Assembly: GCA_951406725.2 (NCBI GenBank)
Contig: OX597814.1
Location: 49,476,001 to 49,540,000, forward strand
Direction: 5' to 3'
DNA length: 64,000 nucleotides
Origin: Octopus vulgaris
Taxonomy: Eukaryota
A program made the translations under genes and the position numbers. Each line of letters starts with the position of its first letter. Within the stretch, counting starts at the first letter, position 1. Of the stretch, positions 25,768 through 39,249 are shown one piece after another. Under the pieces are notes generated by a model. It was not told where the DNA came from and did not search any database. It worked only from the letters and a program-made list of their open reading frames with translations.

Positions 25768-26224
25768 CTGAAAATACATTTAATGCATGAATATTTTAAA
25801 AAAAAATATTTATGAGAATTACCAACTTCAAATTAGACATAACTGCAAGCAATTAAAAGCAAATATCTCTGTGTTCATTTGTTCATGTTTTATGTCTGGT
25901 TTTCCATACTGGCAATGGATTAGATCAAAAATTATTGAGACTATTTTCACAGATATCCTTCCTCTTATCAATCCTATTCTGATTTTGAAGTACAGAATTT
26001 TTCCCCACTTTTTCCATTGGGTTTGAAAGTGCAGAGCTACAGGGCATATTGTTTACATAGAATAGGAACATTCATGCATGCTCTCTCTCTCTCTCACACA
26101 CACACACACATTCCCTATGGTCAGACGTATTTTTATGGAAAATTCACCTGTATGATGGTGATGCTTGTTTTACAGCCACCACATGTCAAGACAAGGTACA
26201 CAAACACACATATATGCTCATATA

Positions 26225-26430
26225 TATAATGGGCTTCTTTTTAATTTCTTCTACCAAATCCACTCACAAGGCCTTAGTCAACCTGGGGCTCTAAAAGAAG
26301 ACAATGGCTGAAGGTGGAATGCAGTGGAACTGAATGCTAAACCATATGGTTGGGAGGGAAGCTTACTTTTTAACCATGTGGTTTCAGGTAGAATCCCAAT
26401 GCATGACACCTTGGCAAGTGTCTTTTACCA
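26225..26430. mobile_element. Two oppositely oriented tRNA-derived SINE fragments
   Basis: 'ccaaatccactcacaaggc' (minus) and 'ccatgtggtttcaggt...accttggcaagtgtct' (plus). Confidence 0.6.
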
Positions 26431-28002
26431 TAGGGGAGAGAGAGAGAACAGGACTGATTGGTAAACAGAATGCTTTGCTCTCTGCACTCTGAGTCCATAT
26501 CCCACTGAGGTTAATCTGCTTTCCATTCTTTCGTGGTTGTTAGTGACGGCAGTAGTTTTTACTTCTATACATATATGTATATTCTTTTATTTGTTTCAGT
26601 CATTTGACTGCAGTCATGCTGGAGCACCGCCTTTCGTCAAACAAATCGACCCTAGGACTTATTCTTTGGTGGTGTTCAAACAGAATTTAAATAATTTTAG
26701 ATTTGGTTAAGAACCTTTAGTTAAATTGTGTTCCAAACATCACATTAAATAAAAAAAAAGTTGTTTTATGAAACCAGTCTAAATTCATGATTATTATAAA
26801 ATTTAACTGAAATGCATAAGGAATGTATTTTGGTTAGAAGTATAGTAATAAAAGGGTTAAGTATGCAATTAATAATTATAATGTTATTTTATGTATGTGT
26901 GCACGTGTCAGTGGAAGCAGCAAAAATTTATAGGAAGTTGGTGTTTTAAGGTTCTGAGTTCACAAAACTAGTTAACTTGACCTTCTCATAATTATTTAAC
27001 GAAAATTGAAAAACTTCTTTTTAAAATTTTTGTGCAACTTGAATAAATAAAAGAAGAAATTATACTAAGAATCTACAGTAAGAATTAAGAGTACTGGGAT
27101 TACAACTTTTAGTATTATTATTTTTATTATTCAGTTACCACAAAGGGTGTAAATATTCTGATCAGATATTTATACAGTGTCTAGTTAATATTTTTTTCTT
27201 TCTAAATTCAAATTCCACCACTGCTAGGATTTGATTTGATTTGATTATATTCATGTTTGTACATAAAAAAAAAACACCTTGCTCACAGAATTATTTTGCT
27301 AGAGCAGGGCAACTAACTAGTCAGTGACATATAGCAAAAGGCAAACACCTTAAAGTTAAGTTTCAAATCCTACTTGAAGCAATATTATTCCATTTAAGGT
27401 GTGAATACAAAAGGAATTTTGGCCACAAAATTTCTTTATTCTCCTCTCTCCCATAAATTAGTGAGTTTTATGACTCATTTCCTTTTACAACCCCATACAT
27501 CTGAATAACACAAACATCCTACTTAGGTTCTTGAGGTAAATAATGCACCTCATAAATAAATACTTCTTAATGCTTGAATTTTATCAAGACAACAAAATTC
27601 TCAGCAATATTTACAGACTAAATACTGTAGAAGTAATCGCATACTTGAAAATATAATGATAGTGTCATCATGCCTCATGAAAGTTTAGGATTTGCTTGTT
27701 AAATTATCATTCAATAATGAATAATTTTAAAATAATATAGTATTTTTGAGTAAAATGTAATGCACACAAATAGTGAAAGAAAGTAAAAGAGAAGCTGTAT
27801 AAAATATGAATACATGCAACAAAGAATTAAAATATTAACAGCAAAGAAACAAAATATTTGCTTCTTCCTGGTATTATTTATAGTGTAACATTGACCACTC
27901 CATTTGCTTACATAATTTCTTTCCCTTTGATTACAGTATACTATTGTTGACGTCAGAAATATAAATGCCTGTATCATCTATCGTAAAATCCCTGTATTTA
28001 AG

Positions 28003-29530
28003 AGATGAGGAATTATGTACATTATTTATATTTGATGGATATTTGTCCTCATCTTGTTTGTTGTTAGCACAATGTTTCGCCTGATATACCCTCCAGCCTT
28101 CATCAGACGTCTTGGGGAAATTTCGAACCTGGGTTCTCATTCTTAAGGTATTTTTCAATGTTGTCATTATTATTATTATTATTATTCAGGTCACTGGTGA
28201 AGCACTATCGGTGATTCAAGAAAAACTAGTGACAGACACCCATCTAAAAGAATGTACTAGTATACCAATAAGAAACTTGATGGAATGTTGACTTTCTGTG
28301 TAGAAACCACCCTATTTCAGAATGGACACTGATATATATCGACAAGAAGAGGGTTTAGCTATGGGTTCGCCATTATCACCAATAAATACATGGAATACTT
28401 TGAGAATTTGGCTTTAGGATCAACACCACTAAAACCAACCCTATGGCTGCGATATGATGATGACCCCTCTATTCTCTGGCCCCACCAGGAAGATGTCCAA
28501 ATGCTGTTAGATCATGTGAACTCAATAAAGCCATCCATACAGTTCACAATGGAAAAGGAAAAAAGACAATCAGCTAGCATTCCTGGACGTATTAATAACA
28601 TGCACCAAGTATGGATTCAAGACATCTGTATACCGCAAGACGACCTTCACTCAACAATACCTTAATTTCAATTCCCATCCACACAGTGTAAAGAGAGGAA
28701 TTGCTCAGTGCCTAAAACATCGAGCAAAGAATATAAGTAGTGATCGTGATATCCACCACAAAGAAATAACCAAGCTCAATAACAATCTATTGAGCGACAA
28801 CTACCCCAGTTATGAAGAAAAGAGAGGACGAAACCAATAAACTGTCTACCCGATGTAAAAGGCTTCTCCGAAAAAGATATGTGGCCCATATGACATCTGA
28901 GTAATACAACACTTTGCAAATATCTCCTTTGGGTAAAACCACCAATAGAAGAGAATATGGACCAAAAACTGCGTGTACTCCCATGCAGCTGTGGTAGGTT
29001 ATATAAAGGCGAAACATGCCGCCCCCTCGAAATAAGGGTAGACGAACATCACAAAGCTGTAACATGAGGAGATATTGATAAATCGGGTATAACTGATCAT
29101 GTATATTATTTTAACTTCATCCTCCTGTGGGATGAAGTTAAAATAATAGACATAGAACCACTGGAAAATACGGAAACTAAAAGAAGCAGCACATATGCTG
29201 GACACAACAACCTCCTAAACGGACTGAGTGCAGATATGAATAGCATATAGGAACTGGTAATGAAGGATAGGAAAATATTAGATTTATAAGCCCTAAAATT
29301 CAAGGGTATATAGTGTAGTGGTTAAGAGCACAGACTACCAGCCCCAAGATTCTGAGTTCAATTCCAGGCAGTGACCTGAATAATAACAGCAACATCGAAA
29401 ATACCTAAAGAATGAGAACCCAGGTTCAAAATTTCCCCAAGACACCTGATGAAGGCTGGAGGTTATATCAGCCAAAACGTGTTAACAACAAACAAGATGA
29501 GAACAAATATCTGTCAAATGTAAATAATGA
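28003..29530 (+). mobile_element. Decayed Penelope-like element with an inverted 5' copy of its terminal repeat
   Basis: YRQEEGLAMGSPLSP; WLRYDDD...HVNSIKPSIQFTMEKE; GIY-YIG CVYS.PCSCGRLYKGETCRPLEIRVDEH; 28021-28196 is the reverse complement of 29368-29529. Confidence 0.88.
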
Positions 29531-29727
29531 TTTATTTCAGTATTTTCATTATCCTGAGAAAGGAAACTATAAAATGCTTTTTGAGACAAGATGGTGAGTT
29601 ATACAGTACACCTCATTTGCACAGGGTAAAAAAAACAAACAACCCCTACCCCCCTCAAATTACAGTTAAGGAAGAAGTCTACATGACAATAAGAATACTT
29701 TTCTGTTAATATTTCTATCTGATTTCA

Positions 29728-29912
29728 GGTGGTGAGATGGCAGAGAAAATGCTTAGCAGCATTTCTTCTGACTTTACGTTCTGAGTTCAAATGCCACCAG
29801 GGTTGGCTTTGCCTTTTATTTTTCCTGGTTGATAAAATAAGTACCAGGTATGGGATCAATGCAATTGACTTGCCCCTTCCCCTGAAATTGCCAACCTTGT
29901 GCCAAAATTTGA
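29728..29912 (+). mobile_element. tRNA-derived SINE (CTTTGCCTTT...GATAAAATAAGTACCAG core)
   Basis: B box GAGTTCAAATGCC; matches 49726-49905. Confidence 0.7.
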
Positions 29913-29949
29913 AAGCAATATTTCTATTTGATTTATTCTTTTTCTTAAA

Positions 29950-30226
29950 TGTGCCAGTGCACATAAAAATCACCATTCAAGTGGGGCCAGTGCCAATGAC
30001 ACGTAAAAAGTACCATTTGAGTGTGGTTGATGTTAGTGCCTTCTGACTGGCCCCTTTGCCGGTGGCACGTAAAAAGCACCCACTAAAGTCTTGGAGTAGT
30101 TGGTGTTAGGAAGAGCATCCAGATCAGATTGGAGCCTGGTGCAGCCTCCTGGCTTGCCAGTCCTCAGTGAAACCATCCAAACCATGCCAGCATGGAAAGA
30201 GGACGTTAAACAATGATGATGATGAT
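29950..30226 (+). mobile_element. (GAT)n-tailed SINE
   Basis: Matches 14550-14916. Confidence 0.75.
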
Positions 30227-31120
30227 TGTGTATTTCATCCTTATTTTTTGCTAACATGGATTGGATGGTTGCAAAAATTTGGATTTTTAGAGAAATTGTT
30301 GTAACTAATTTCTGTCAGCTGGGTATTTTTCCCAGTACTAACTAAATAGTCAATAAAAGGGAGGGCAGAGTACTAAGGGTTTTTTTTTACAAGAAAGCAA
30401 TGGACAAGCAATGTATATTACCAATATACAATATTTGTACATGATCCCACTCAGTAACAATTACATTAAACCAATAGAGTAGTAATTAGTTGTAAAAATA
30501 ACAAATGAGATGGAAAACTTCCAAATAGACATTCATTTTATAAGTAAAATAAAATTCCATATTGGCAAATTGTGCTAAGGTAGAGCAAGTTTACTAAAAT
30601 ATTAAACGTATAGTTTTGATTCATTTAATTTTTATACTTTACATCAGCAATTACCATTACTATCTCCCCTAGTTGCAATAGAAGCAAAACAGCATTTTGA
30701 ACTTGTTCCCTCTGCTCTACTATATTTTTACTACAACTACCTACAGTGCTAGATCCTCAGTAAACCTTCCCTCATTGAACATCTATCACATGAGAAGTTC
30801 TAGTTATCCTTCAGCTTACTAGAGATCCCACATTTTTGGTGTACCCACTGCTTGCACTGACTGCATTGTATCGAATTTTTACCAATTCACTTCCTACTTT
30901 TCAAGGTGATTTCCCAAACAGAACTGATGTTGTGCTGTTGCTCCCCCACCTCTCTCTCTCACTCACAAACACACATGAACATTTATTTCTAACAGTAATT
31001 CATTCTTACTTATAATGCCACTATGCCAAGGATTAATTGACATATAAACACAACAAATTTGGGAAATAATTCAGAAACTATTTTGATAAGAAACATGCAA
31101 AATAACACAGCTGTACTTAC

Positions 31121-31263
31121 CATGTTTGTACATGCCGTCGCTAACATCATATATTTAGGGTTGAACTGGACACATTGAACTGGACCTGGATGGTCAGCAC
31201 TGAGCATGGCAATTTTGTTGCCTGTTTCTGTGCTCCAACAATAGATTTTACCATCGGTAGATC
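31121..31263 (-). CDS. WDR82: WDR82 exon 8 (GSTDGKIYCW...QFNPKYMMLATACTNM)
   Basis: AG/GT flanks, 143 nt, in phase. Confidence 0.93.
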
Positions 31264-31718
31264 CTAAAAATAAATTGGAAAAGAAAAAAGAAAATGGATA
31301 TTTTACAACAAAATATTTTTAAAATAAATTTACAAGTAGGGTGTAAAATATACTAAAATGAATTGATTTCTTTTACAATATTTTGAAAACCAAAAAGGCT
31401 AAAGCAACAATATAAGCAATTCATTAAAAATACTTTAGATCTAAATTTTATTAATTTTGTAGAACCATTAATAATAAAAAGATAATTAACAAATAGCATT
31501 TCTAACAAGTATCATTTCTCTACAAGTAAATGCATTTATTGAGACATCTAATTATGGCATATAATCCTTTTTACATCCATGTAATGATGCTCTAAATATA
31601 GAGCTGATTTTTTAGAATAATTTTCAAATTTTCATTATGTACTCATAAAAGCACATCCCTTCAACATTGCTTTTGACAAAATGTCATAAGCACTGTAGAC
31701 AGATTAGTTGTTACTCAC

Positions 31719-31788
31719 CAGAAAAAACAAACTGAGAATCTGGACTGAAAGAAGCTTCTAATGGGATTCCTTTGTTATTAATGTGTCC
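31719..31788 (-). CDS. WDR82: WDR82 exon 7 (GHINNKGIPLEASFSPDSQFVFS)
   Basis: AG/GT flanks, 70 nt. Confidence 0.93.
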
Positions 31789-32232
31789 CTAAAAAGAAAT
31801 TTACATACAAATTGCGTGAGATATCAATACAATATTTCAATGACTAAATACATTAATATGGTTGATAGCAATTAGTTAGGATGATCCTTAAAATATATTT
31901 TGATTCTTTTCAGTAGTATCCTTATTTATCCTACTCTCCTGATTCTTAGAAACCTATGCTTTAGGAAAGTAACAAAGCAAAGTCAAAAGTTATATTAAAA
32001 TATTCAAATACAAATAGACAACATAATATATTAAGAAATATAAAAGCATAATCTTTTCAACAGCCTAGTTTTAAAAAATATTCTTGACAACAAAAGTAAA
32101 ATTCTATATCAATTATTTTCCTCTAATGACAATACTTAAAGTTAGTATTTTGCTTAGAATATAAAAGGAATTGTTTGCAAGATGTAATAGTTAGAGGAAT
32201 GGTAAAAGTACATGAAAAGAGATCACACTTAC

Positions 32233-32388
32233 TGTGAATGTGTGCAAAGGAGTTCCTTGGAAAGCATCTATCAAGCGAATCACTTGAGCATTAGTTGAAA
32301 TCAGAATTAATTTACCATCAGGACTAAATTTCATACCAGTCCAATCACAGTCCTTATCCTGATTCAATTTGAATGTTGTAAAGGGACC
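32233..32388 (-). CDS. WDR82: WDR82 exon 6 (GPFTTF...WTGMKFSPDGKLILISTN...HTFT)
   Basis: AG/GT flanks, 156 nt. Confidence 0.94.
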
Positions 32389-32459
32389 CTGAAAATAATA
32401 GAACGGCAGAAATATTAATGGCATTTCTTGGTTGTGTTTGTTTACCATAGCTAAGTTCT

Positions 32460-32780
32460 ATCATCATCATCATCACTGTTTAACACCTGTTTTCCATGCT
32501 AGCATGGGTTGGACGTTTCGACCGGGATCTGGGAAGCCAGGAGGCTGCACCAGGCTCCAGTCTGATCTGGCAGTGTTTCTACAGCTGGATGCCCTTCCTA
32601 ATGCCAACGACTCCGTGAGTGTAATGAGTGCTTTCTTTGTGCCACTGGCACGGGAGCCAGAGGAGGCTGCAACGGCCACGATCAGTTGATGCTTTTTACA
32701 TGCCACCGGCACGGACGCCAGTCAAGGCGGTACTGACAATGGCCAGGTTCGGATGGTGCTTTTTACGTGCCACTGGCATG
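32460..32780 (-). mobile_element. (GAT)n-tailed SINE in WDR82 intron 5
   Basis: (CAT)n plus the reverse complement of the family body. Confidence 0.8.
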
Positions 32781-32974
32781 AATATCACAACTACAATTTC
32801 CATTTGACTTTTTTTTTTATGTTGATGTACTTGACTCAACAGGTCTCCTCAAGCACACTCCCGGATTCCTGGGAGTGGCACTTCTTCACACATCTCTCCT
32901 CATCCAACTACATAAGGGTATGTCTTTTATAACCATGCCCCCACTCCCACTCCCAGCTGAGAGATCTTTATCTT

Positions 32975-33183
32975 GCAGGTGTCAGTGCCATGTAAAAGCA
33001 CTCATATTGGTAGCATGTAAAAAGCACTCAGCACACTGTAAAGTGATAGGCATCAGGAAGGGTATCCAGCTATAGAAACCATGTCAAAACAGACAACTGG
33101 AGCATGAACAGCTCTCTGGCTGGGCAGCACTAGTCAAACCGTTCAACCCATGCCAGCATGGAAAACAGATGGATGATGATGAT
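32975..33183 (+). mobile_element. (GAT)n-tailed SINE in WDR82 intron 5, inverted relative to its neighbour
   Basis: 'aggaagggtatccagctatagaaac...aacccatgccagcatggaaaac...gatgatgat'. Confidence 0.75.
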
Positions 33184-33295
33184 ATACAGAATTCTTAAGT
33201 AATAATTACTTGAATTAAAAAAAACAAAAACAATTTATAAAGTTAGTAGTACTTCTAGCACAAACTTGATTAACAAATAATTAAATGTTAATCAC

Positions 33296-33412
33296 CTTAT
33301 CAAATGATCGAAGATCATACAGCTTGACACACTCAGAATTAATGCCAGCAGCAAATATCAAACCTTCAGGATCAAATGCTGCAACAGGCCGACCTGGTAA
33401 GTGCATTAATCC
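33296..33412 (-). CDS. WDR82: WDR82 exon 5 ([23 protein letters not shown]...LYDLRSFDK)
   Basis: AG/GT flanks, 117 nt. Confidence 0.94.
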
Positions 33413-33536
33413 CTGAAAAATAATTAAAAATTAATAATTAATTTATCAAATTAAATCAGAGTTGTGAAATTCTAATGGAAATAATAAACAAGACTGAATA
33501 AGAAAGAAAGAAAAACAAAAAATGTGTAAACACTAC

Positions 33537-33636
33537 CTGGCAGTTTTGAGAACGCAGATCCCACAAACGAATCGTTTTATCTAATGAGCCAGAAAGGAAC
33601 GTGTCGTCTATTGGAGACATACATAATGTAACTACC
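33537..33636 (-). CDS. WDR82: WDR82 exon 4 ([33 protein letters not shown])
   Basis: AG/GT flanks, 100 nt. Confidence 0.94.
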
Positions 33637-33802
33637 CTAATACAATAAAAGAAAACCACATATGAGCAATATAGAGAATTTAAAAATGCAATTTTATTGG
33701 AAACAAATATTTAGTACTTCTTAAGTATTACATAAATTATTTACTTGAAAATTACTGCAATAACATTTATAACTAATTAAAAATTTCCTCATTATAATTT
33801 AA

Positions 33803-34019
33803 CCAATTAGTATTCAGATTACTCTGTCAAATCTAATGCTTATTTATTCACATTGTCTTGAATTAATCATACATTATCTCATAGCTTTGAAATTTCAATG
33901 CTGTGATTGTTCATTTTTACTATGACACTGTAAAATTGTGAAATGTTGGATCTGGCCAGTTTGAACATAAAAGAAGCAAAATATTTTGGCCAGATATTGT
34001 CAGTTTGAATGCTAATGGG
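33803..34019. mobile_element. piggyBac-type MITE, second copy
   Basis: TTAA|CC...GGG|TTAA; homologous to 19012-19230. Confidence 0.75.
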
Positions 34020-34090
34020 TTAAACTACCTTAAATAGTTACTATCATTAAACAAATTAAATATAACTTCAAAATTTAAGTGTTTACTTAC

Positions 34091-34157
34091 TTTTTTGAAT
34101 GTCCAGGAAAATATCTGATGTACTTATTATCATGGAGTGATAAGTATCTGATTGTAT
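34091..34157 (-). CDS. WDR82: WDR82 exon 3 ([22 protein letters not shown])
   Basis: AG/GT flanks, 67 nt. Confidence 0.94.
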
Positions 34158-34779
34158 CTGAAGAAGAAAAACTGGTATTTAGATAAATAATTCTACACAC
34201 TGACACATCAGTCACATGAAATCAATAAGATCTTATTGTTAAAAAACTAAATTAAATTTTAAACAGTTGTCAAACTAGGACCAACATGTCAAATAACCTG
34301 ACTACTTCTAAGCACCTGTCTATGGTAAATTGGTGGAGTTAACCACAATCTAAGAATCCAGAAACCAGTCTTTCCATTTGAAAACTTGATTATTCTTCCA
34401 AAATTAATGTGTATTTTCATCATAAAATGTACTATCTTTTACTTGCTTCAATCATTGGATTGCAGCCATGTTAGGGAACCATTTTGAAAGGTTTAGGTGA
34501 ACAAATTAACCCGAGTTCTTATTTTATTATTAAGCTTGGTACTTACTCTATCAGTCTGTTTTTGCAGAACTGCTACATTATGAGACATAAACAAACCAAT
34601 ACTAGATATCTTCAATACCTGCTCTTTTTCTCTCATATTGACCTTGTACCTTGAGGGTGTGCCCTCCCCTCTTTCCAACTGAGGAAGACATGTATTCAAA
34701 CTCTCAGAAAGACACCTGTTCCTGTCTCTATTATACTTTCACATCTTTCAATACTATACCACACTCAGTTGAAGGATAT

Positions 34780-35132
34780 TGTCTTGTGAGCAGTTGGTGA
34801 CTTCATAGCTGGTGCTATGAAAAATGCACCCAGTACACACTGTAAAAGTAGTTGACATTAAGAAGGGCATCCAGCTGTAGAAACCATACCAAAGCAGACA
34901 TTTGAGCTCAATGCAGCCCTCTGGATCATTAGTTCCTGTTGAACCATCTGACATGTCAGCATGGAAAAAGGGATGATAAATGATGATGATAATAGAATTC
35001 CACAGTTTCTGTCTATTAAAGCTACTCACAAGGACTTGATCAGCCTCGGGTTATAGTAGAAGACACTTGCCCAAGGTGCCACATGATGGGACTGATCCTA
35101 AAACCACGTGATTGCAAAGTGAGCTTCTTAAC
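34780..35132. mobile_element. Abutting SINEs ((GAT)n-tailed on plus; tRNA-head family on minus)
   Basis: 'aagggcatccagctgtagaaac...tgatgatgat', then 'agaagacacttgcccaaggtgcc'. Confidence 0.7.
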
Positions 35133-36234
35133 CATAGAAAAAAAAGTTTGAGTTTTCCTCAAGGATCTCGCTTCAGCTCTCTTTAGATATACTGTTAGAG
35201 TTAAAATACGATTCAAAAGAGGCAATAATTAATAATTCAAGTTTTATGAGTAAATTCCTAGCTTGTGCAGTTAAGTCCACATGCCATTATTTGTCTTGAG
35301 AACAATCACAAACAAAACATGTTCAGAAATTGCCTACCAACTGTGAGGCAGCAATTAAAAGTAATCTCAATCTGCTTCTCAAGAAACAACTTTTTAACTA
35401 AATTTTTATAATATATATTTATCTAGTTATCCTTTTTATTATTTACTTTTTCTCACCTCTGTTTACAAAACAACAAGTGTTGTGTGTCTGTATTGCTACT
35501 GTTATTGACACTGTATTTTGAGTGTTGATGTGATAGCATCATGGAAGTTAAACTCTTTTGGAACAAGCCAATTGCAATAGCATTTAGTAGTGCAACCTCT
35601 CATGAGTAATACAAGCATGAACCTATAGTATATAGAGTGGAGTTTCTCAGACTTGATGTTACACTTTTGAATTCAAAAGAAAAATGAAAACCTATCGCAA
35701 TATAGAATCAGCCCAGTTGCAGAAATTGCCAGATGATGAGGCATGAGTGTTGAAGTACAAGTGTGTATTTATATTTAAGGAACTACACCCTTAAATTTAT
35801 ACTATGATTCTATGCTCATCATCTAGATGGATACTGGCAATACCAAGTGAACATGCAATTGTCACTATTTGAAAGCATGCTATGTATTTAGAGGTATAAT
35901 TAGTAAAGTATAAACACACATACTAGAAGTTACTTCTCAGTTAGCACATACTGAACAATCACATTAATATTCTCATATAAAACTGTAAATATGCACACAC
36001 ACCTTTTCATTTTTTAACTTTGTATCATCTGATCTCAGATGATACAACTCACCTTATAAAATTTCCTTTATTCACATGTGAACTGCTTAAAACCCCAAGT
36101 AGTATCTCTTAACTAACTCATAGCATGACACTCATATGCTATCCATTTAGATTACTAGCTCACACTGCCACAACCATTCCAGTTAAATATATTGATATTT
36201 TTTATACACAGGTGCCATTTGAATCACTTTTAGC

Positions 36235-36650
36235 AAATCCGTTTTTGTGTGCGGCAGATGCACAGGGGCAATAAACACCACAGATGCTCAGAAAACAGAT
36301 CCCATCACATGCCAGTGGGAAAATATAGAAGTAGTTGATAGCTTCCACTACCTAGGTGACCAAGTCTGTAGAGGGGATGGGTGGGGGTGGATGCTCAGAG
36401 AGCATTACCACTAGAATAAGAATAGCCTACTGGTGACAAAGGGTCTCTTGCTCAGAGTGAAAGGTAGATTGTGTGATGCATGTGTATGAACTGCCATGCT
36501 TCATGGCAGTGAAACATGGGCCGTGACTGCTGAAGACATACATAGGCTCTAAAGAAATGAAGCTAGCATGATCCGCTGGATGTGTAATGTCAGTGTGCAC
36601 ACACAACAGAGTGTAAGTGCCCTGAGAGAAATGTTGGGCATAAGAAGTTG
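36235..36650 (+). mobile_element. RTE-clade LINE remnant
   Basis: IEVVDSFHYLGDQV; KGRLCDACV*TAMLHGSETWAVT...NEASMIRWMCNV. Confidence 0.8.
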
Positions 36651-37129
36651 ATTCACATATGACTTTTCGTTTAAAAAAATTGTTTCGTCTCTGAGAATTC
36701 AATAATTAATTAGATTAATCTAATATATATACACCATCATTATCATTTTATGTCTAATCTCCAGTATGGTGTATCATACTTGCTGTGATCCCTTGTCATC
36801 TTTGTGATGTTGAAAAACCCCAAGATCATCCCTCACAACTTCTTTCCACGAGTTCTACAGGCTTTGTACACTTGGATTGCTTAATCTTTAATCATTGCTT
36901 CTTTATGTTTGCTTTTCAATAGTGGGTTGCTTTGTTGTACTACTTTACAGTCTCTCCAATTGTTACAGTCCCTTGTCAATGTCTTTGTGAGACCTATTAT
37001 TCTGTGATTAAATATCAAAACTTCTTCCTACATCTACCTTTCTGCAGGTTCCGTTCATTTGGATCACAAGACTCTTTTTCATATATTTGTTCTCTTTCAA
37101 ATGCATCACATATCCAAGTCTGAGAAAGC

Positions 37130-37400
37130 TTCTCTTTTCTACACTATGATTCCTCTGCCCTATTTCTTACAGCTCACATATATTGTCATTCCACCGGATA
37201 TCACACATTCAGTAGAGCATCTAATTTCTTTCGAGCCACACACACAGCATTATGCACCATCATATTTTGTACACAAGCATCATACTTTCTGCTCTACACT
37301 TGGAGAGAGAAGCCTTTTATTATCAAGAGGTAATAGTTCCCTGAACTTTTTTTTACCCACCCCTACTTTGGATATTATGTTTTCATGACAAACTGTTGAA
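37130..37400 (-). mobile_element. Older RTE LINE remnant
   Basis: GKKKFRELLPLDNKRLLSPSV and LY*MCDI match the same RTE region as 36420-36600. Confidence 0.55.
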
Positions 37401-37768
37401 GTAGTCAGGGAGTGACTAGGGTTTGCTAGTTTCAGGGTACCTCTATAAAAAGAAAAACCAACTATAAAAATGATAAACCTGCCACTAGCAAAGCACAAAC
37501 CCCATTGCAACTGATGACTGCAACTACAATCACTTATCAAGGTGATAAACTATGATGGTCTTGGCTAAATATATTTAAGAACTTTGTTGCTTCAAATGAA
37601 CTGTAGAAAACACTCATAATAAATACAAATAATAAAAAAATCTTGATTATGTTGAAACGTACACTGCATTTTATATGAATAATATATAGTCTATTGACTA
37701 ATTTTTCTATATGTTAGGCCACTGATAGTAAAAATTTTTATAATCTTTATTACCCTGATATCATTAAT

Positions 37769-37799
<31 letters not shown>

Positions 37800-37974
37800 G
37801 GATTTATAACTTTGGTACAAATCTAGACATCTGTAGGAAGGAGATATAGATGAATGTTGAATTCAAGCCCAGCCATATTTGAACACAGAACATAAATACC
37901 ACAAAAAATTTAGTCAACCACTCAAACATATAAAACTTTTGTAACAGAAAATACAGCTAAATGAATAGCAGACA

Positions 37975-38328
37975 TCTTTTATCTTTTATTTGTTTCAGTC
38001 ATTAGACTGTGGTCATGCAGGGGCACTGCCCCAAAGAATTTTTAGTTGAATGAATCAACCCCAGTACTTTATTTTTTTAAACCTCTACTTATTCTATCAG
38101 TCATTTTTGCTGAATTACTAAGCTACGGGGACATAAACACACCAACAACAGTTGGGGACAAACACAGACATACATATATACAATGAGCGTCCTTCAGTTA
38201 CTGTCAACCAAATCCACTCACAAGGCTTTAGTTGGCTTGAGATTATACAACAAGACATTTGCCCAAGGTGTCTCACAGAAAGACTGAACCTGGAACCATA
38301 TGGTTAGGAAGTAGACTTCTTACCACAT
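37975..38328 (-). mobile_element. tRNA-derived SINE, near full length
   Basis: 'gtttcagtcattagactgtggtcatgc' tail through 'ccaaatccactcacaaggc...aaccatatggttaggaag' head. Confidence 0.7.
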
Positions 38329-39249
38329 GGGCAGATAGAGAAAAACAAAATTAGGCGTTTAAATTGTAGCAAAAGTATACCTTAAATCTGCTTTCAGCAA
38401 AATGAGATTCTATCATATATTGTAGAAATTCCTAATATAGTTAAGCATATTTACCTGGTAAAGGATTTCTAATTGCAGTGAATTTCATGAGATGAACTGT
38501 AATACAAAACAGCCTTCTAAGCCCTTAGACTTATAAAATGCACCCACAACCTATTCGCAGTTATGGCTAGGTAATGTGGCTTGGCCTTAAACACAACACA
38601 TTACCCTTCAAACAATTATCTAACACACTACCAACATAGCAGCTGGCTACAGCTTCCTTTCTTGGGTGAGTTAATTTTTCTCGTCAGGATTTTATGTTCT
38701 AAAACAACTATTGCAAGGAAATATTCTACTGGATAATTATTTGTAAAAACTTTGTTTCCATTTACTTAAATCAGACAAACTTGAAGCACCATTAACAAGA
38801 GCATTCCTCAAATTATATTGTAAATTCATTTAGCCTATGAAAAGCAAACTGAGAACTTAATTAAAAGTGCTGGTCATTGTGAAATTTTGAAGAGCTACTT
38901 TAAATTAAATGCATCTGAAGACCACACAGTCGTCATCGTTTAACATCAAGAAAAAAAAAAAAAAAACTGAAACAGAATTTTAATAATTTTAAATAGATAA
39001 GTCAGCCTCATTCCAAATAGTAGCAAGGTGCTTATGCCACTACGTCCTCCAGTTGAACCTAAACAACATAAATTCATACTAAAACACCTGCCTGGTGTAT
39101 TGTTTCCCTGGACGAAGTTGTCAGCTATACCTAATAAATTCCAAAGAAACAAAAAAGTCACATACCACTTGCTATGACTAACATGACAGGCCTCTACATG
39201 GCCACTGTACAAGCCAGAAATATAAATCAAATCTCTCTCATCATATTAT

